The notes: generated by a model not told the origin, from the letters alone. A DNA stretch of 64,000 nucleotides from an uncultured Bacteroidales bacterium (GCA_902798385.1 CADBWK010000008.1:13723-77722); one strand, 5' to 3'; positions 1 through 8,594 are shown, numbered from the stretch's first letter. Numbers and translations: made by a program.

Positions 1-3000
1 GCAGAGTCACCATTCTGCACACGCTTGTCGCGGAAGAAGATACAGCGTGCCGTAGTAAGAGGTATCTCATCATCATCCAGATTGATACCAAAGGCTGTTA
101 ATAAGTCGATAGAGTCTTGCGTAGTAACAGGCGATATGCTGGAGGCTTCATAGAATGCTTCAAAAGCAGGGTCACTCGGGCTCTTACCCTTATCCATATT
201 TCGTACGGTACCGGCCCAGCCCTTCTCGTTATCTCCGGAGAGACAGTTGGTGGCAGTTGGAGCATCACCATCTTCTGAACCGATGACATCTATGACGGTA
301 CCACTCTTTTTTAGCATGATAGGGTCATTACCATTAAAGTTGATTCTCTTGAAAGTTCCGCCATCACACTCTACCCAACGCGGATTAGAATCCGCAGAAG
401 AACTCGTGGCGACTTTACCATCTAAGAAAGATTCGGAGCATCCGTCCAAAGCCGTTTCGGTGTCCAAAGGACGACTGAAGAAGATAATTTCCTGACCTGC
501 CTTGATAGAACCCAGACTAGACAAGTCGAGTGTCACATCGTTGGTAGGAGCCCATGCGCTAGAACCTCTCATTTTAACAAAGATAGTGTAGTCATTCAGA
601 CTTATGTCATTCTTGGTTCCATTGAAAACGGACACCAGTTTCATAGATCCTGCACCCTCAAAGTACTTGGCGAAGAAGAGTTCGGTAGCCTCTCCACCGC
701 CGGTGATGGAACCATGCTCCTCCTGGCCGTCGATGACGATTTTGGGGTTGATTTCGCCCTTATCGATAAAGAGTACGACACCATTCTCTTCCCACTCTAC
801 GATATCGATGAGCGGACCGGTGGTAGTGAACGAACCCGTTACCGCACATGCGGCATTCGTGCCGGGCGTCAACTTATACCAATAGGGTTTCGATTCTTCC
901 AGACCGGTGAAGACGTACGGCGAGGAGGATGCCGTAGCGGAGAGATGACCTTCGGTCATGGCATCGTTGGTATAGAGGTCGATATGCATCTCGGTGGTAT
1001 TGCTTACCCACGAGAAGGTCGCCTCTACACGACGCGGACTAACCGCCACTTCTCCCGGCTGGCTGGAACAACCTGTCGAAACGATGAAGAACTCCGTATC
1101 CTGTTTATACATACCGAATTTTGTACCGTAAGCCAGACGGCGGCCTTCGGCATATTCTGCGTTGCATGGACTTTCCACAAAGTAGTGTACACCATCCGTG
1201 GTCTTCAGATCCCACTCATAGTTATCTCCATTCGATTCGCTAAGGGTAGCATAGTTTTGGATATTTACTTTCGTGGCACCGGTTGCTTTATTGCCCCATA
1301 AGCACTTATTGCTATTACCTACGAGGCGAACCAGGTGACCATTGTCCGCGAAGCGGCTATTAGCCACGGAGGCAAGACTATAAATGATGGTAGTAGGCGA
1401 AACAGCGACAGCTGTCGGCGTTGTGGTGTTATTCGGGTTCACTTCTACACCGTCATATTCGTTCGCACCGCCTGTCATGTTAGCCGGCAGGGCGTACCAC
1501 TTGTCCGATTTCTTCGTGATCAGCAAGAACTCATCCGGCACACAGCGGCCGTTCACCGTGATCGTCCGACTCTTGTCACCAGCCGTCAGCACGATCTCCA
1601 CGTTCTCCTCACGTCCCTCGTCAGTAGGCGTGTATTCTACGGTCAACGTGGTCGTTAGACCCGCTGCTCCATCGGGGACAGCGGTAGCACCCAGCGTCAC
1701 AGCGAAGTGGCTATTGGCGCAAGTTGCAGCCAGTGTAGTCGGATCATCAAAGTTCTTCGCGCTAACATTAATCACACGTTTTACTTTCTGACCAGCCGAA
1801 GTGGTGATCCACCCGACATTCTGTGCACTAATTCCCGCGCCACAAGTCGTTGTGAATTCAGAATAGGTGTCCGGAGAACCTCCGGATCTCGTAAAGTTGA
1901 CGGTTACTGATGTGGTATGAAGGGCACCACCTGTTTCATTTGCTACTTTGAAATATCCATCATTAGAACCAAGAGAAGTTCCTGTCGGTTCTTCTGAAGT
2001 TCCGTAATATATAGATAATGCATCGCCAGAAAGCGTCACACTATTAATTTTCCCCAAATCCGTAGAATTGTAGATATAGCCATTGCTTTTTCTCCATTGT
2101 GTACCGCTGGAACTTGACACATTGTTAGAAACCCATGTAACAGTCATTGTGTTGGACGGGTTAGATGTGTCTGTTGCTGTTGATGTGTGTGCTCCATTAT
2201 TTGAATCATAACTTGAGCCACTAAAATCACTCGATGTTATTGCAAACTCATAGGTCGCAGTTGTTCCAGACCCGGGAATTAGTGTGGCATATACTGCATA
2301 GTAGGTTACAGCGTGGGCAGGCATAGTAGCCGAAGTCACATAACTCGGCTCGACATCCGTTTCTTCCACAGGGGAAGCGCTCCAGCCGCGGAAAACTTTT
2401 CCGTCACAACCAGTAGCGGTAATAGGGAAGACTATTGCTTGCCCTTCTTCAAAACTGTCTTGATTGCTCTCATCGCCGTTCATATTCCATGTAACGGTAT
2501 AAGTCGGAATAAGTTCGAAGACTACCGAAATGGAAGATGAACCGGTGACATTTGCTGCATAGGTAACAGTTTTGGTAGAATTATTAATTGTCACATCGCC
2601 AGCGTCTACACCTGTTTGCTCAATATGATCAAACCTGTAGCCGGACGCGGGAGCAATATCTGTCACAGTGACCGTTAAACCACTACACGTCTTTTGAGCT
2701 CCCGTTTTGTTTAGATTAAATGTACCGTTAGTCGTACTACCCGCAGAAATAGTCAATTCATTAGAGCATGCAGAACCGGAATATGTAATAGTATATGATT
2801 CAACATAAAAAGAACTTTCAGATGCTTCAACTGTAATGATTACATCTTCTCCTTCATCTACGGTACTACTTGTAACATCAACACTTCTTGTTCCATATGT
2901 TCCGCCGGGACGGTAAACATCGAGAGAACCAGTTTCTGTCCCATTTACAGTAATAGAGATTGTTGCAGCTCCTTTATTACCAGAACCGGTATTTGAGCGA

Positions 3001-3248
3001 ACGCTAAGAGACAAACCCGTAATAGTGCAATTGTCAAAACCTGACAGGGTTAGAGTCTGGGTGTTTCCATTGGTAATCTGATTGGGACTGGCGTATGTGT
3101 TATAGAATGTAGCAGTTGCGCCCGTCGGTGCGCCGGAAAGTGTACCGGTATTTCGAGTAGACGGGGTAAATGTCGCATCCGCTCCCCACGCTGCCATACT
3201 GACCGCGGCGATTAGAAATAAAGTTAAAAAACGTTTAATGTTTGTCAT
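1..3248 (-). CDS. Giant secreted surface protein G0, N-terminal 1082 codons (gene continues beyond base 1)
   Basis: The minus-strand frame is open from the ATG at 3248-3246 down to base 1. It is absent from the ORF track because its stop lies outside the window. My translation starts MTNIKRFLTLFLIAAVSMAAWGADATF, a signal peptide. Hand-checked stop-free segments: SAGQKVKRVINVSAKNFDDP (from 1799) and EHGSITGGGEATELFFAKYFEGAGSMKLVSVFNGTKNDIS (from 719). The second resembles a lamin-tail-domain signature. The plus-strand ORFs at 247-2540 are shadow frames. Confidence 0.8.
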   Translation of the reverse strand, partial: MTNIKRFLTLFLIAAVSMAAWGADATFTPSTRNTGTLSGAPTGATATFYNTYASPNQITNGNTQTLTLSGFDNCTITGLSLSVRSNTGSGNKGAATISITVNGTETGSLDVYRPGGTYGTRSVDVTSSTVDEGEDVIITVEASESSFYVESYTITYSGSACSNELTISAGSTTNGTFNLNKTGAQKTCSGLTVTVTDIAPASGYRFDHIEQTGVDAGDVTINNSTKTVTYAANVTGSSSISVVFELIPTYTVTWNMNGDESNQDSFEEGQAIVFPITATGCDGKVFRGWSASPVEETDVEPSYVTSATMPAHAVTYYAVYATLIPGSGTTATYEFAITSSDFSGSSYDSNNGAHTSTATDTSNPSNTMTVTWVSNNVSSSSGTQWRKSNGYIYNSTDLGKINSVTLSGDALSIYYGTSEEPTGTSLGSNDGYFKVANETGGALHTTSVTVNFTRSGGSPDTYSEFTTTCGAGISAQNVGWITTSAGQKVKRVINVSAKNFDDPTTLAATCANSHFAVTLGATAVPDGAAGLTTTLTVEYTPTDEGREENVEIVLTAGDKSRTITVNGRCVPDEFLLITKKSDKWYALPANMTGGANEYDGVEVNPNNTTTPTAVAVSPTTIIYSLASVANSRFADNGHLVRLVGNSNKCLWGNKATGATKVNIQNYATLSESNGDNYEWDLKTTDGVHYFVESPCNAEYAEGRRLAYGTKFGMYKQDTEFFIVSTGCSSQPGEVAVSPRRVEATFSWVSNTTEMHIDLYTNDAMTEGHLSATASSSPYVFTGLEESKPYWYKLTPGTNAACAVTGSFTTTGPLIDIVEWEENGVVLFIDKGEINPKIVIDGQEEHGSITGGGEATELFFAKYFEGAGSMKLVSVFNGTKNDISLNDYTIFVKMRGSSAWAPTNDVTLDLSSLGSIKAGQEIIFFSRPLDTETALDGCSESFLDGKVATSSSADSNPRWVECDGGTFKRINFNGNDPIMLKKSGTVIDVIGSEDGDAPTATNCLSGDNEKGWAGTVRNMDKGKSPSDPAFEAFYEASSISPVTTQDSIDLLTAFGINLDDDEIPLTTARCIFFRDKRVQNGDS

Positions 3249-3268
3249 GATATTTTGTTAGTATATTG

Positions 3269-3342
3269 TGGAGTATAGCGGACTCGAACCGCTCACCTCA
3301 ACACTGCCAGTGTTGCGCTCTAGCCAGATGAGCTAATACCCC
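3269..3342 (-). tRNA. tRNA-Ala (anticodon GGC)
   Basis: The reverse complement folds as a cloverleaf. Acceptor GGGGTAT/ATACTCC carries G3:U70, the alanine identity pair. D arm GCTC-ATCTGGCTA-GAGC. Anticodon stem CAACA/TGTTG with loop CTGGCAG. T arm AGCGG-TTCGAGT-CCGCT. Discriminator A. Length 74 nt; CCA is not encoded. Confidence 0.9.
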
Positions 3343-3344
3343 AT

Positions 3345-3368
3345 AGGTACGCGCACATGCGCGTACCT
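3345..3368 (-). other. Perfect GC-rich hairpin between the rnfA stop and the tRNA-Ala 5' end
   Basis: AGGTACGCGC-acat-GCGCGTACCT gives a 10 bp stem. It lies 2 nt upstream of the tRNA 5' end and 5 nt after the rnfA stop. No U-tract follows, so it is not a canonical intrinsic terminator. Confidence 0.5.
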
Positions 3369-3373
3369 TATAA

Positions 3374-3967
3374 TTATACCACGCCGCTGAAGCCCATGAA
3401 CGCCATGGCGAGGAGGCCGGCGGTCAAGAGGGCAATCGGAGTACCCTTCATCGCTTCGGGCACTTTAGCCAAGGCAAGTTGCTCGCGGATACCTGCGAAG
3501 AGGATGAGCGCGAGGCCGAAGCCGAGTGCGGTAGCGAAAGCGAAGAGAGTACCGGTCAGCATGCCGTGCTCAGCGCCCATCGGCAGTTTCTCGGTACCGT
3601 TCGCTACGAGAATAGCTACACCGAGAATACAGCAGTTGGTAGTGATCAGCGGCAGGAAGACGCCGAGTGCCTGATAAAGCGACGGACTGATCTTCTTCAG
3701 GATGATCTCGATCATCTGCACGAGAGCAGCGATGATGAGGATGAAGAGGATGGTCTGGAGGAACTCGAGTCCCCAAGCAACGAGTAACATCTGCAGCAGA
3801 TAGGTAACAACAGTTGCCAGGGTGAGCACGAAGATAACGGCTGCGCTCATACCCATAGCGGTGTCGATTTTCTTGCTGACGCCGAGGAACGGGCAGATAC
3901 CCAAGAACTGGCTCAATACGATATTATTAACAAATATCGCAGAGATGAAAATCAAAAAGTATACCAT
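3374..3967 (-). CDS. rnfA: Rnf electron transport complex subunit A
   Basis: 197 aa polytopic membrane protein. MVYFLIFISAIFVNNIVLSQFLGICPFLGVSKK ... LPLITTNCCILGVA ... AGLLAMAFMGFSG closely matches RsxA/RnfA as I recall it. It is the last gene in rnfBCDGEA order. Confidence 0.93.
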   Translation of the reverse strand: MVYFLIFISAIFVNNIVLSQFLGICPFLGVSKKIDTAMGMSAAVIFVLTLATVVTYLLQMLLVAWGLEFLQTILFILIIAALVQMIEIILKKISPSLYQALGVFLPLITTNCCILGVAILVANGTEKLPMGAEHGMLTGTLFAFATALGFGLALILFAGIREQLALAKVPEAMKGTPIALLTAGLLAMAFMGFSGVV

Positions 3968-3969
3968 AA

Positions 3970-4557
3970 TTATTTCTTCTGTAATTTGTTAATAATAACC
4001 ATCAAGTATGCGAGGGCGATGAATGCACCCGGAGCGAGAACGAAGACCAATGCGCCGTAGTTATCCGGGAAGAGGTGGAAGCCGAAGCAAGCACCTGTTC
4101 CGAGGAGTTCGCGGACAGCACCGAGGAGCGTCAGGGCGAGGGTGAAACCAAGACCCATACCGATTCCGTCGAGTGCGCTGAGGCCTACGCTGTTCTTTGC
4201 TGCGAACGCTTCGGCACGACCGAGAACGATACAGTTCACAACGATCAGCGGGATAAACAAGCCCAGCACGTCATAGATAGCCGGCAGGTAAGCCTGCATC
4301 AGCAGCTGAACCATCGTCACGAAAGTAGCGATCACCACGATGAACGCCGGGATACGTACCTTATCGGGGATGAGGTTCTTGAGGAGCGAGATCACGATGT
4401 TCGAGCAGATGAGCACGAACATAGTTGCCAAGCCCATGGACATACCGTTGATGGCACTGGTGGTAGTGGCCAGCGTCGGACACATACCGAGTACGAGGAC
4501 GAATGTCGGGTTCTCTTTGAGAATACCGTTCGTCAAAACTTTCATTCCATTACTCAT
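3970..4557 (-). CDS. rnfE: Rnf electron transport complex subunit E
   Basis: 195 aa. LVLGMCPTLATTT and IPLIVVNCIVLGRAEAFAAK are RnfE/RsxE (NqrD-like) hallmarks. The stop is 2 nt from the rnfA start. Confidence 0.93.
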   Translation of the reverse strand: MSNGMKVLTNGILKENPTFVLVLGMCPTLATTTSAINGMSMGLATMFVLICSNIVISLLKNLIPDKVRIPAFIVVIATFVTMVQLLMQAYLPAIYDVLGLFIPLIVVNCIVLGRAEAFAAKNSVGLSALDGIGMGLGFTLALTLLGAVRELLGTGACFGFHLFPDNYGALVFVLAPGAFIALAYLMVIINKLQKK

Positions 4558-5188
4558 GACTTACCTCCTTTTCCATATGATGTTGACAATGACCTTGGCA
4601 TTCGCCGTGCTCGTGGCCTTGGCACTTATGCTCGCAAGCGTGCTCGCACGCAGGAGTCTCTTCGGCGGCCTCTTCTTTGTTGAGTTGGCTGGCACCGGTA
4701 TGTGCCTCTGCGCCGAATTGCTCTGCGTAGGCTTGGTTGACAGCCTTGAGGAACGCGCGGCTGGAGATCGTAGCGGCCGTGATAGCATCTACGTCACCTC
4801 CGTCTTTGGAAACCTGCAGCGCACCGGCTTTGCGGCCGATGATGTTTTGACCGGGTTTGTCGGCGTTCTTGAACCAATGCTCCATGTGCGAACCCAGACC
4901 CGGAGTCTCTTGATGCTCGAGGATCTCGTAGCCGAGGATATTGCCTTCTTTATCGAAGCCGACCATCACGCGGAACTGACCACCGAAACCATCCACAGCG
5001 GTCTCAACAGCAAAACCTTCCTGACCGTTCAATACGGCAAGTTTGGCAGCTTCCTGTTTAGCGCGCTTCTGTGCGTTGATGTTCTCCAGCGTCAGCAGAT
5101 AAACGCCGGCGAGGGCAGCTGCAGCAACCATCGCGATGATGGTCAGGCTGAGCGCCATGTTCTTAAATGAACTTTGTAACTTTTCCAT
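4550..5188 (-). CDS. rnfG: Rnf complex subunit G (FMN-binding) with a Cys/His-rich C-terminal tail
   Basis: 212 aa with an N-terminal membrane anchor. The FMN_bind-type motif is VDAITAATISS. It overlaps the rnfE start by 8 nt. The tail reads CEHACEHKCQGHEHGECQGHCQHH. Confidence 0.9.
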   Translation of the reverse strand: MEKLQSSFKNMALSLTIIAMVAAAALAGVYLLTLENINAQKRAKQEAAKLAVLNGQEGFAVETAVDGFGGQFRVMVGFDKEGNILGYEILEHQETPGLGSHMEHWFKNADKPGQNIIGRKAGALQVSKDGGDVDAITAATISSRAFLKAVNQAYAEQFGAEAHTGASQLNKEEAAEETPACEHACEHKCQGHEHGECQGHCQHHMEKEVSHE

Positions 5189-5199
5189 AGCTGTCCTCC

Positions 5200-6189
5200 T
5201 TATTTTTTCTTAGGTTCGCCGAAACGTTGCGGACGAATCTTGTTCAACAAAGGAACGCAAGCGTTCATGATCAGGATCGCGAAGGACATACCTTCCGGAT
5301 AAGCGCCCCAGGTACGGATGACCATCATGATGAAGCCGATACCGATACCGAAGATGATCTTACCCCACGCGCTCATCGGGCTGGTCACGTAGTCGGTTGC
5401 CATGAAGAACGCACCGAGCATCAGACCACCGGAGAGGAGCTCGTAAGCTACGTATTGACCTGCGTCCATGCCTTCCGGCGTACCGATCCATGCGAAGAGC
5501 GCTACGGTAGCGATGATCGAAGCCGGGATATGCCAGGTGATGACGCGGCAGCAGATGAGGAACAAGCCTCCGATGATGAGTGCGAGTGCACACACCTCAC
5601 CGAGCGAACCACCCATCACACCTAAGAAAGCGTCACGCAATGCAGGCAGATTCTCAACGAGCGAGGTGTCGCCGGTCTTCGCGATATGCTTCAGATAATA
5701 CAGCGGCGTAGCGCCTGTCTCTGCGTCCAGATAGGATGTAGCAAATCCTTGCGGAACAGGCCACGTCGTCATCTGCGCAGGGAACGAGATGAGCAGGAAA
5801 ACACGACCAACCAAAGCGGGGTTGAAGGGGTTCTGTCCCAGACCGCCGAAAGTCATCTTACCTACACCGATAGCCACTACTGCACCGATCAGAACGATCC
5901 ACCAGTCGAGGCTCGACGGCAGGTTGAAGGCGAGCAGCAGACCCGTGAGGACTGCAGAGAGATCGCCGATTGTTTGTCTTTGCTCTTTGAGCAAGAAACG
6001 GCTGATGAGCCATTCGGTCAGCACGCAGGCGCAAACCGAGATAGCTGCCGTGATGAGTGCTCCCCAGCCGAACTCGATCACCGATACCACGTAAGCGGGC
6101 ATCAGCGCGAGAATGACGAGCAACATGTTCTTGCGAACACTGTCACCGCTGTGCGCGTGAGGAGCCGGAGCAACAATAAATTGTTTCAT
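5200..6189 (-). CDS. rnfD: Rnf complex subunit D
   Basis: 329 aa polytopic protein. GGLMLGAFFMATDYVTSP matches the RnfD/NqrB conserved segment. Its position between rnfC and rnfG fits. Confidence 0.93.
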   Translation of the reverse strand: MKQFIVAPAPHAHSGDSVRKNMLLVILALMPAYVVSVIEFGWGALITAAISVCACVLTEWLISRFLLKEQRQTIGDLSAVLTGLLLAFNLPSSLDWWIVLIGAVVAIGVGKMTFGGLGQNPFNPALVGRVFLLISFPAQMTTWPVPQGFATSYLDAETGATPLYYLKHIAKTGDTSLVENLPALRDAFLGVMGGSLGEVCALALIIGGLFLICCRVITWHIPASIIATVALFAWIGTPEGMDAGQYVAYELLSGGLMLGAFFMATDYVTSPMSAWGKIIFGIGIGFIMMVIRTWGAYPEGMSFAILIMNACVPLLNKIRPQRFGEPKKK

Positions 6190-6197
6190 ATCTTTCT

Positions 6198-6230
6198 AAA
6201 TTTCAAATTTCAAATCTCAAATTTCAAATT
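6198..6230. repeat. Tandem octamer array (AAATTTCA)x4 filling the rnfC-rnfD spacer
   Basis: The sequence is aaatttcaaatttcaaatctcaaatttcaaatt. Confidence 0.9.
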
Positions 6231-7581
6231 ATTTTGCGGCTTGAGCAGCGGCTGCTCTTTCTCGCAAAATCGCTCCTACTTTGGCTTTCGCCGGGCGGAT
6301 ACCGTCGAGCAGACGACGATGAGCAGGACAAGCGAAGACACAGCAACCGCAGTCGATGCAGTCCATCACGTCATGCTTCTCGCAGTCCTCCCACATCTCG
6401 AGTTGGCTCATTCGCTGGAGCAGATACGGCTCGAGTCCCATCGGACAAGCCTGTACGCACTTACCGCAACGGATACAGTTCTCTTCCTCCGGACGGATCG
6501 ATTCAGCCTCCGGCAGGAAGAGCAGACCGCTCAGACGTTTGTTAGCCGGCATAGCCTCGATATGATCCATCGCGCGACCCATCATCGGACCACCGCCAAT
6601 GATCTTACCCGTATCTGCGGGAACACCGCCTGCGAGAGCAATCACCTCTTCGATCGGCGTACCGAAACGAACAGAGTAGTTACCCGGCTTGGCAACCTTC
6701 TTACCGGTCACGGTCATCACGCGGCTGATCAACGGTTTGTTTTTCTGTACAGCCTCATACACAGCATAGATAGTAGCTACGTTGTCTACTACCGCACCTA
6801 CCTCGATAGGCAGCGCACCGCTCGGAACTTGACGACCGATACAAGCATCGATGAGTTGTTTCTCACCGCCCTGCGGATATTTGAGCTTGAGCGGCATTAC
6901 CTCTACGCCCAGGCTGGCGTTCGCCAGTTTGGTCATATGCTCGATGGCATCTTTCTTGTTGTTCTCGATACCGATGATCGCGCGCTCAACGCCGAGCGCT
7001 TTCTTGAGGATCTGAATACCGATCATGATCTCCTCGCCATGCTCCATCATGAGCTGGTGGTCACAAGTCAGGTACGGCTCGCACTCTACACCGTTGACAA
7101 TCAGCACTTCGGCTTTCTTGCCCGGAGGCGGCAGCAGTTTGACATGCGTCGGGAAGCAAGCGCCACCCAGACCTACGATACCGGCAGCGGCGATCTTGTC
7201 GATGATTGCCTTCGGATCCAAGGTGCACTGACGTGCGAGATCCGGCGTACGGTCGATCTCCGGCAACCACTCATCGCCTTCTACGTCGATGAAGATAGCC
7301 TGTCCGGGAGCACCCCATGCGTCCGTCCAGTCACCGATCTTGGTCACTGTACCGCTTACCGGCGAACAGATGTTCGCACTTACGAATCCACCGGCTTTCG
7401 CCAGCAGTTCGCCTACTTTTACTTTCGCTCCGACTTCTACGACAGCCTGCGCGGGTGCACCGATATGTTGCACGAGCGGAATGATAGCCTGCTTGGGCAG
7501 CGGGCATTCCGTGATAGGCTGGTGTGCGGAGAATTGTTTGTTGTCATGCGGATGAACTCCGCCTATTCTAAATGTTCTCAT
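6229..7581 (-). CDS. rnfC: Rnf complex subunit C
   Basis: 450 aa. It has two 4Fe-4S motifs, CIRCGKCVQACP and CIDCGCCVFACP. The N-terminal sequence MRTFRIGGVHPHDNK is typical of RnfC. Confidence 0.93.
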   Translation of the reverse strand: MRTFRIGGVHPHDNKQFSAHQPITECPLPKQAIIPLVQHIGAPAQAVVEVGAKVKVGELLAKAGGFVSANICSPVSGTVTKIGDWTDAWGAPGQAIFIDVEGDEWLPEIDRTPDLARQCTLDPKAIIDKIAAAGIVGLGGACFPTHVKLLPPPGKKAEVLIVNGVECEPYLTCDHQLMMEHGEEIMIGIQILKKALGVERAIIGIENNKKDAIEHMTKLANASLGVEVMPLKLKYPQGGEKQLIDACIGRQVPSGALPIEVGAVVDNVATIYAVYEAVQKNKPLISRVMTVTGKKVAKPGNYSVRFGTPIEEVIALAGGVPADTGKIIGGGPMMGRAMDHIEAMPANKRLSGLLFLPEAESIRPEEENCIRCGKCVQACPMGLEPYLLQRMSQLEMWEDCEKHDVMDCIDCGCCVFACPAHRRLLDGIRPAKAKVGAILRERAAAAQAAK

Positions 7582-7619
7582 AATTCTCTAACGATTTAAC
7601 AGCTTGACGTTTTAACCGT

Positions 7620-8027
7620 TTAACGAATTCCAAGCGCCAGCGGGAATACCGCTCTCGGCGTAGCCAAGGCTTTAATCTTCTCTGCGATAACCGGATCGAA
7701 GCCTTTCTTCTCTCCGCTTTGCGCAGCAGGAGCTGCAGCCGCTTCATCAGCCGGCACAAGAATGAGTTTGACTTGCTCCATGGTCGGTTCGCCACCTACA
7801 GGACAAGCGAGGCCGTCAATACCGTTGACCTTGACGCATGCTTCCGCGAAGTTACGGCAACCGGCGAAGCCACATCCGCCGCAGTTAGCGCCCGGCAATA
7901 CAGCCGTCACCAGATCAATGCGCGGATCTTCTTCCACTTTGAAGTACAGGCTGACCACATACAGCAGACAAGCTGCCAGGAAGGCGATCACGCCCAGAAC
8001 TCCCATAGAAATCAGGATTAAATTCAT
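7620..8027 (-). CDS. rnfB: Short RnfB-like Fe-S subunit (TM anchor plus one Cys cluster; no polyferredoxin domain)
   Basis: 135 aa with an N-terminal TM helix. Cluster motif CGGCGFAGCRNFAEAC...LACP. It sits directly upstream of rnfC. Confidence 0.8.
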   Translation of the reverse strand: MNLILISMGVLGVIAFLAACLLYVVSLYFKVEEDPRIDLVTAVLPGANCGGCGFAGCRNFAEACVKVNGIDGLACPVGGEPTMEQVKLILVPADEAAAAPAAQSGEKKGFDPVIAEKIKALATPRAVFPLALGIR

Positions 8028-8048
8028 GTTGTTTGTTATTTAAAGTTG

Positions 8049-8462
8049 TTACAATTTTCTCGCAGTAAAAGTGAATTGTTTCTGCAGCCGATCTTTAAAG
8101 AAGCTGAGGCCGATGTAATAGAGCGCAATGCCGCAGAGGGAGAGTGTGCCGATGACCGCTTCGCTCCATTCGGTAGCAAAATCCAAAACGGCAATCAGAC
8201 CCATCATCACAATAAAAGGCAGAATATACGCGAGTAACACGGCTTTCCACGCTAACCGTTCGCGAACTTCTACCTCCACTTTGTCCCCCACTTGCATGGG
8301 CTCGAGCATGATGACATCCATTTCTTTGGCTTGACTCTCGGCGGACATACACATCGATTTGGCTTTGCAGGCCGAACAGGCGCTGGTCTGCACAATCTGC
8401 ACGTGCGCCACGCGGTCGCTCGTACTCATAATTACACCGGTATGTCGAATCAATTCATCCAT
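8049..8462 (-). CDS. RseC/MucC-family (SoxR-reducing system) membrane protein
   Basis: I chose the ATG at 8462 (MDELIRHTGVIMSTSDRVAHVQIVQTSACSACKAKSMC...). It lies 19 nt downstream of a TAccTTTG -7 box on the minus strand. The product has an N-terminal Cys-rich soluble part plus two TM helices, as is typical upstream of rnfB. Confidence 0.8.
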   Translation of the reverse strand: MDELIRHTGVIMSTSDRVAHVQIVQTSACSACKAKSMCMSAESQAKEMDVIMLEPMQVGDKVEVEVRERLAWKAVLLAYILPFIVMMGLIAVLDFATEWSEAVIGTLSLCGIALYYIGLSFFKDRLQKQFTFTARKL

Positions 8463-8480
8463 AAGCGCAAAATGCGACCG

Positions 8481-8512
8481 CAAAGGTACAAAATCTTTTT
8501 TATATACGCAAG
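8481..8512 (-). promoter_or_regulatory. Bacteroidetes-type promoter for RseC-rnf operon
   Basis: The minus strand reads CTTGCGTATATAAAAAAGATTTTGTACCTTTG. The TTG is at -33 and TAccTTTG at -7, in the same 32-nt architecture as eight other promoters in the window. Confidence 0.75.
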
Positions 8513-8563
8513 TGCGCGCGGACATTTTTATTAAAAAAGAATGTTTTTCGCCAAAAAACGCCA

Positions 8564-8594
8564 AATTTTCAATTTTCAATTTTCAATTTTCAAT
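8564..8594. repeat. Tandem heptamer array (AATTTTC)x4.5 between the divergent rseC and ftsK promoters
   Basis: The sequence is aaattttcaattttcaattttcaattttcaatt. Confidence 0.9.

Noticed and set aside
247-2540. Plus-strand ORFs listed in the first 2.5 kb
   Set aside because: The region is covered by the open minus-strand frame of G0, which has a signal peptide, an ATG at 3248 and hand-verified translation. The plus-strand ORFs are short overlapping shadows.
5686-7599. 637-aa plus-strand ORF across rnfD/rnfC
   Set aside because: It is antisense to two well-supported rnf genes and spans their intergenic repeat. Its composition is typical of shadow frames.
8463-8579. Upstream extension of the RseC-like ORF
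   Set aside because: The extension would run through its own promoter (8481-8512). MDELIRHTG at 8462 matches the usual family N-terminus.
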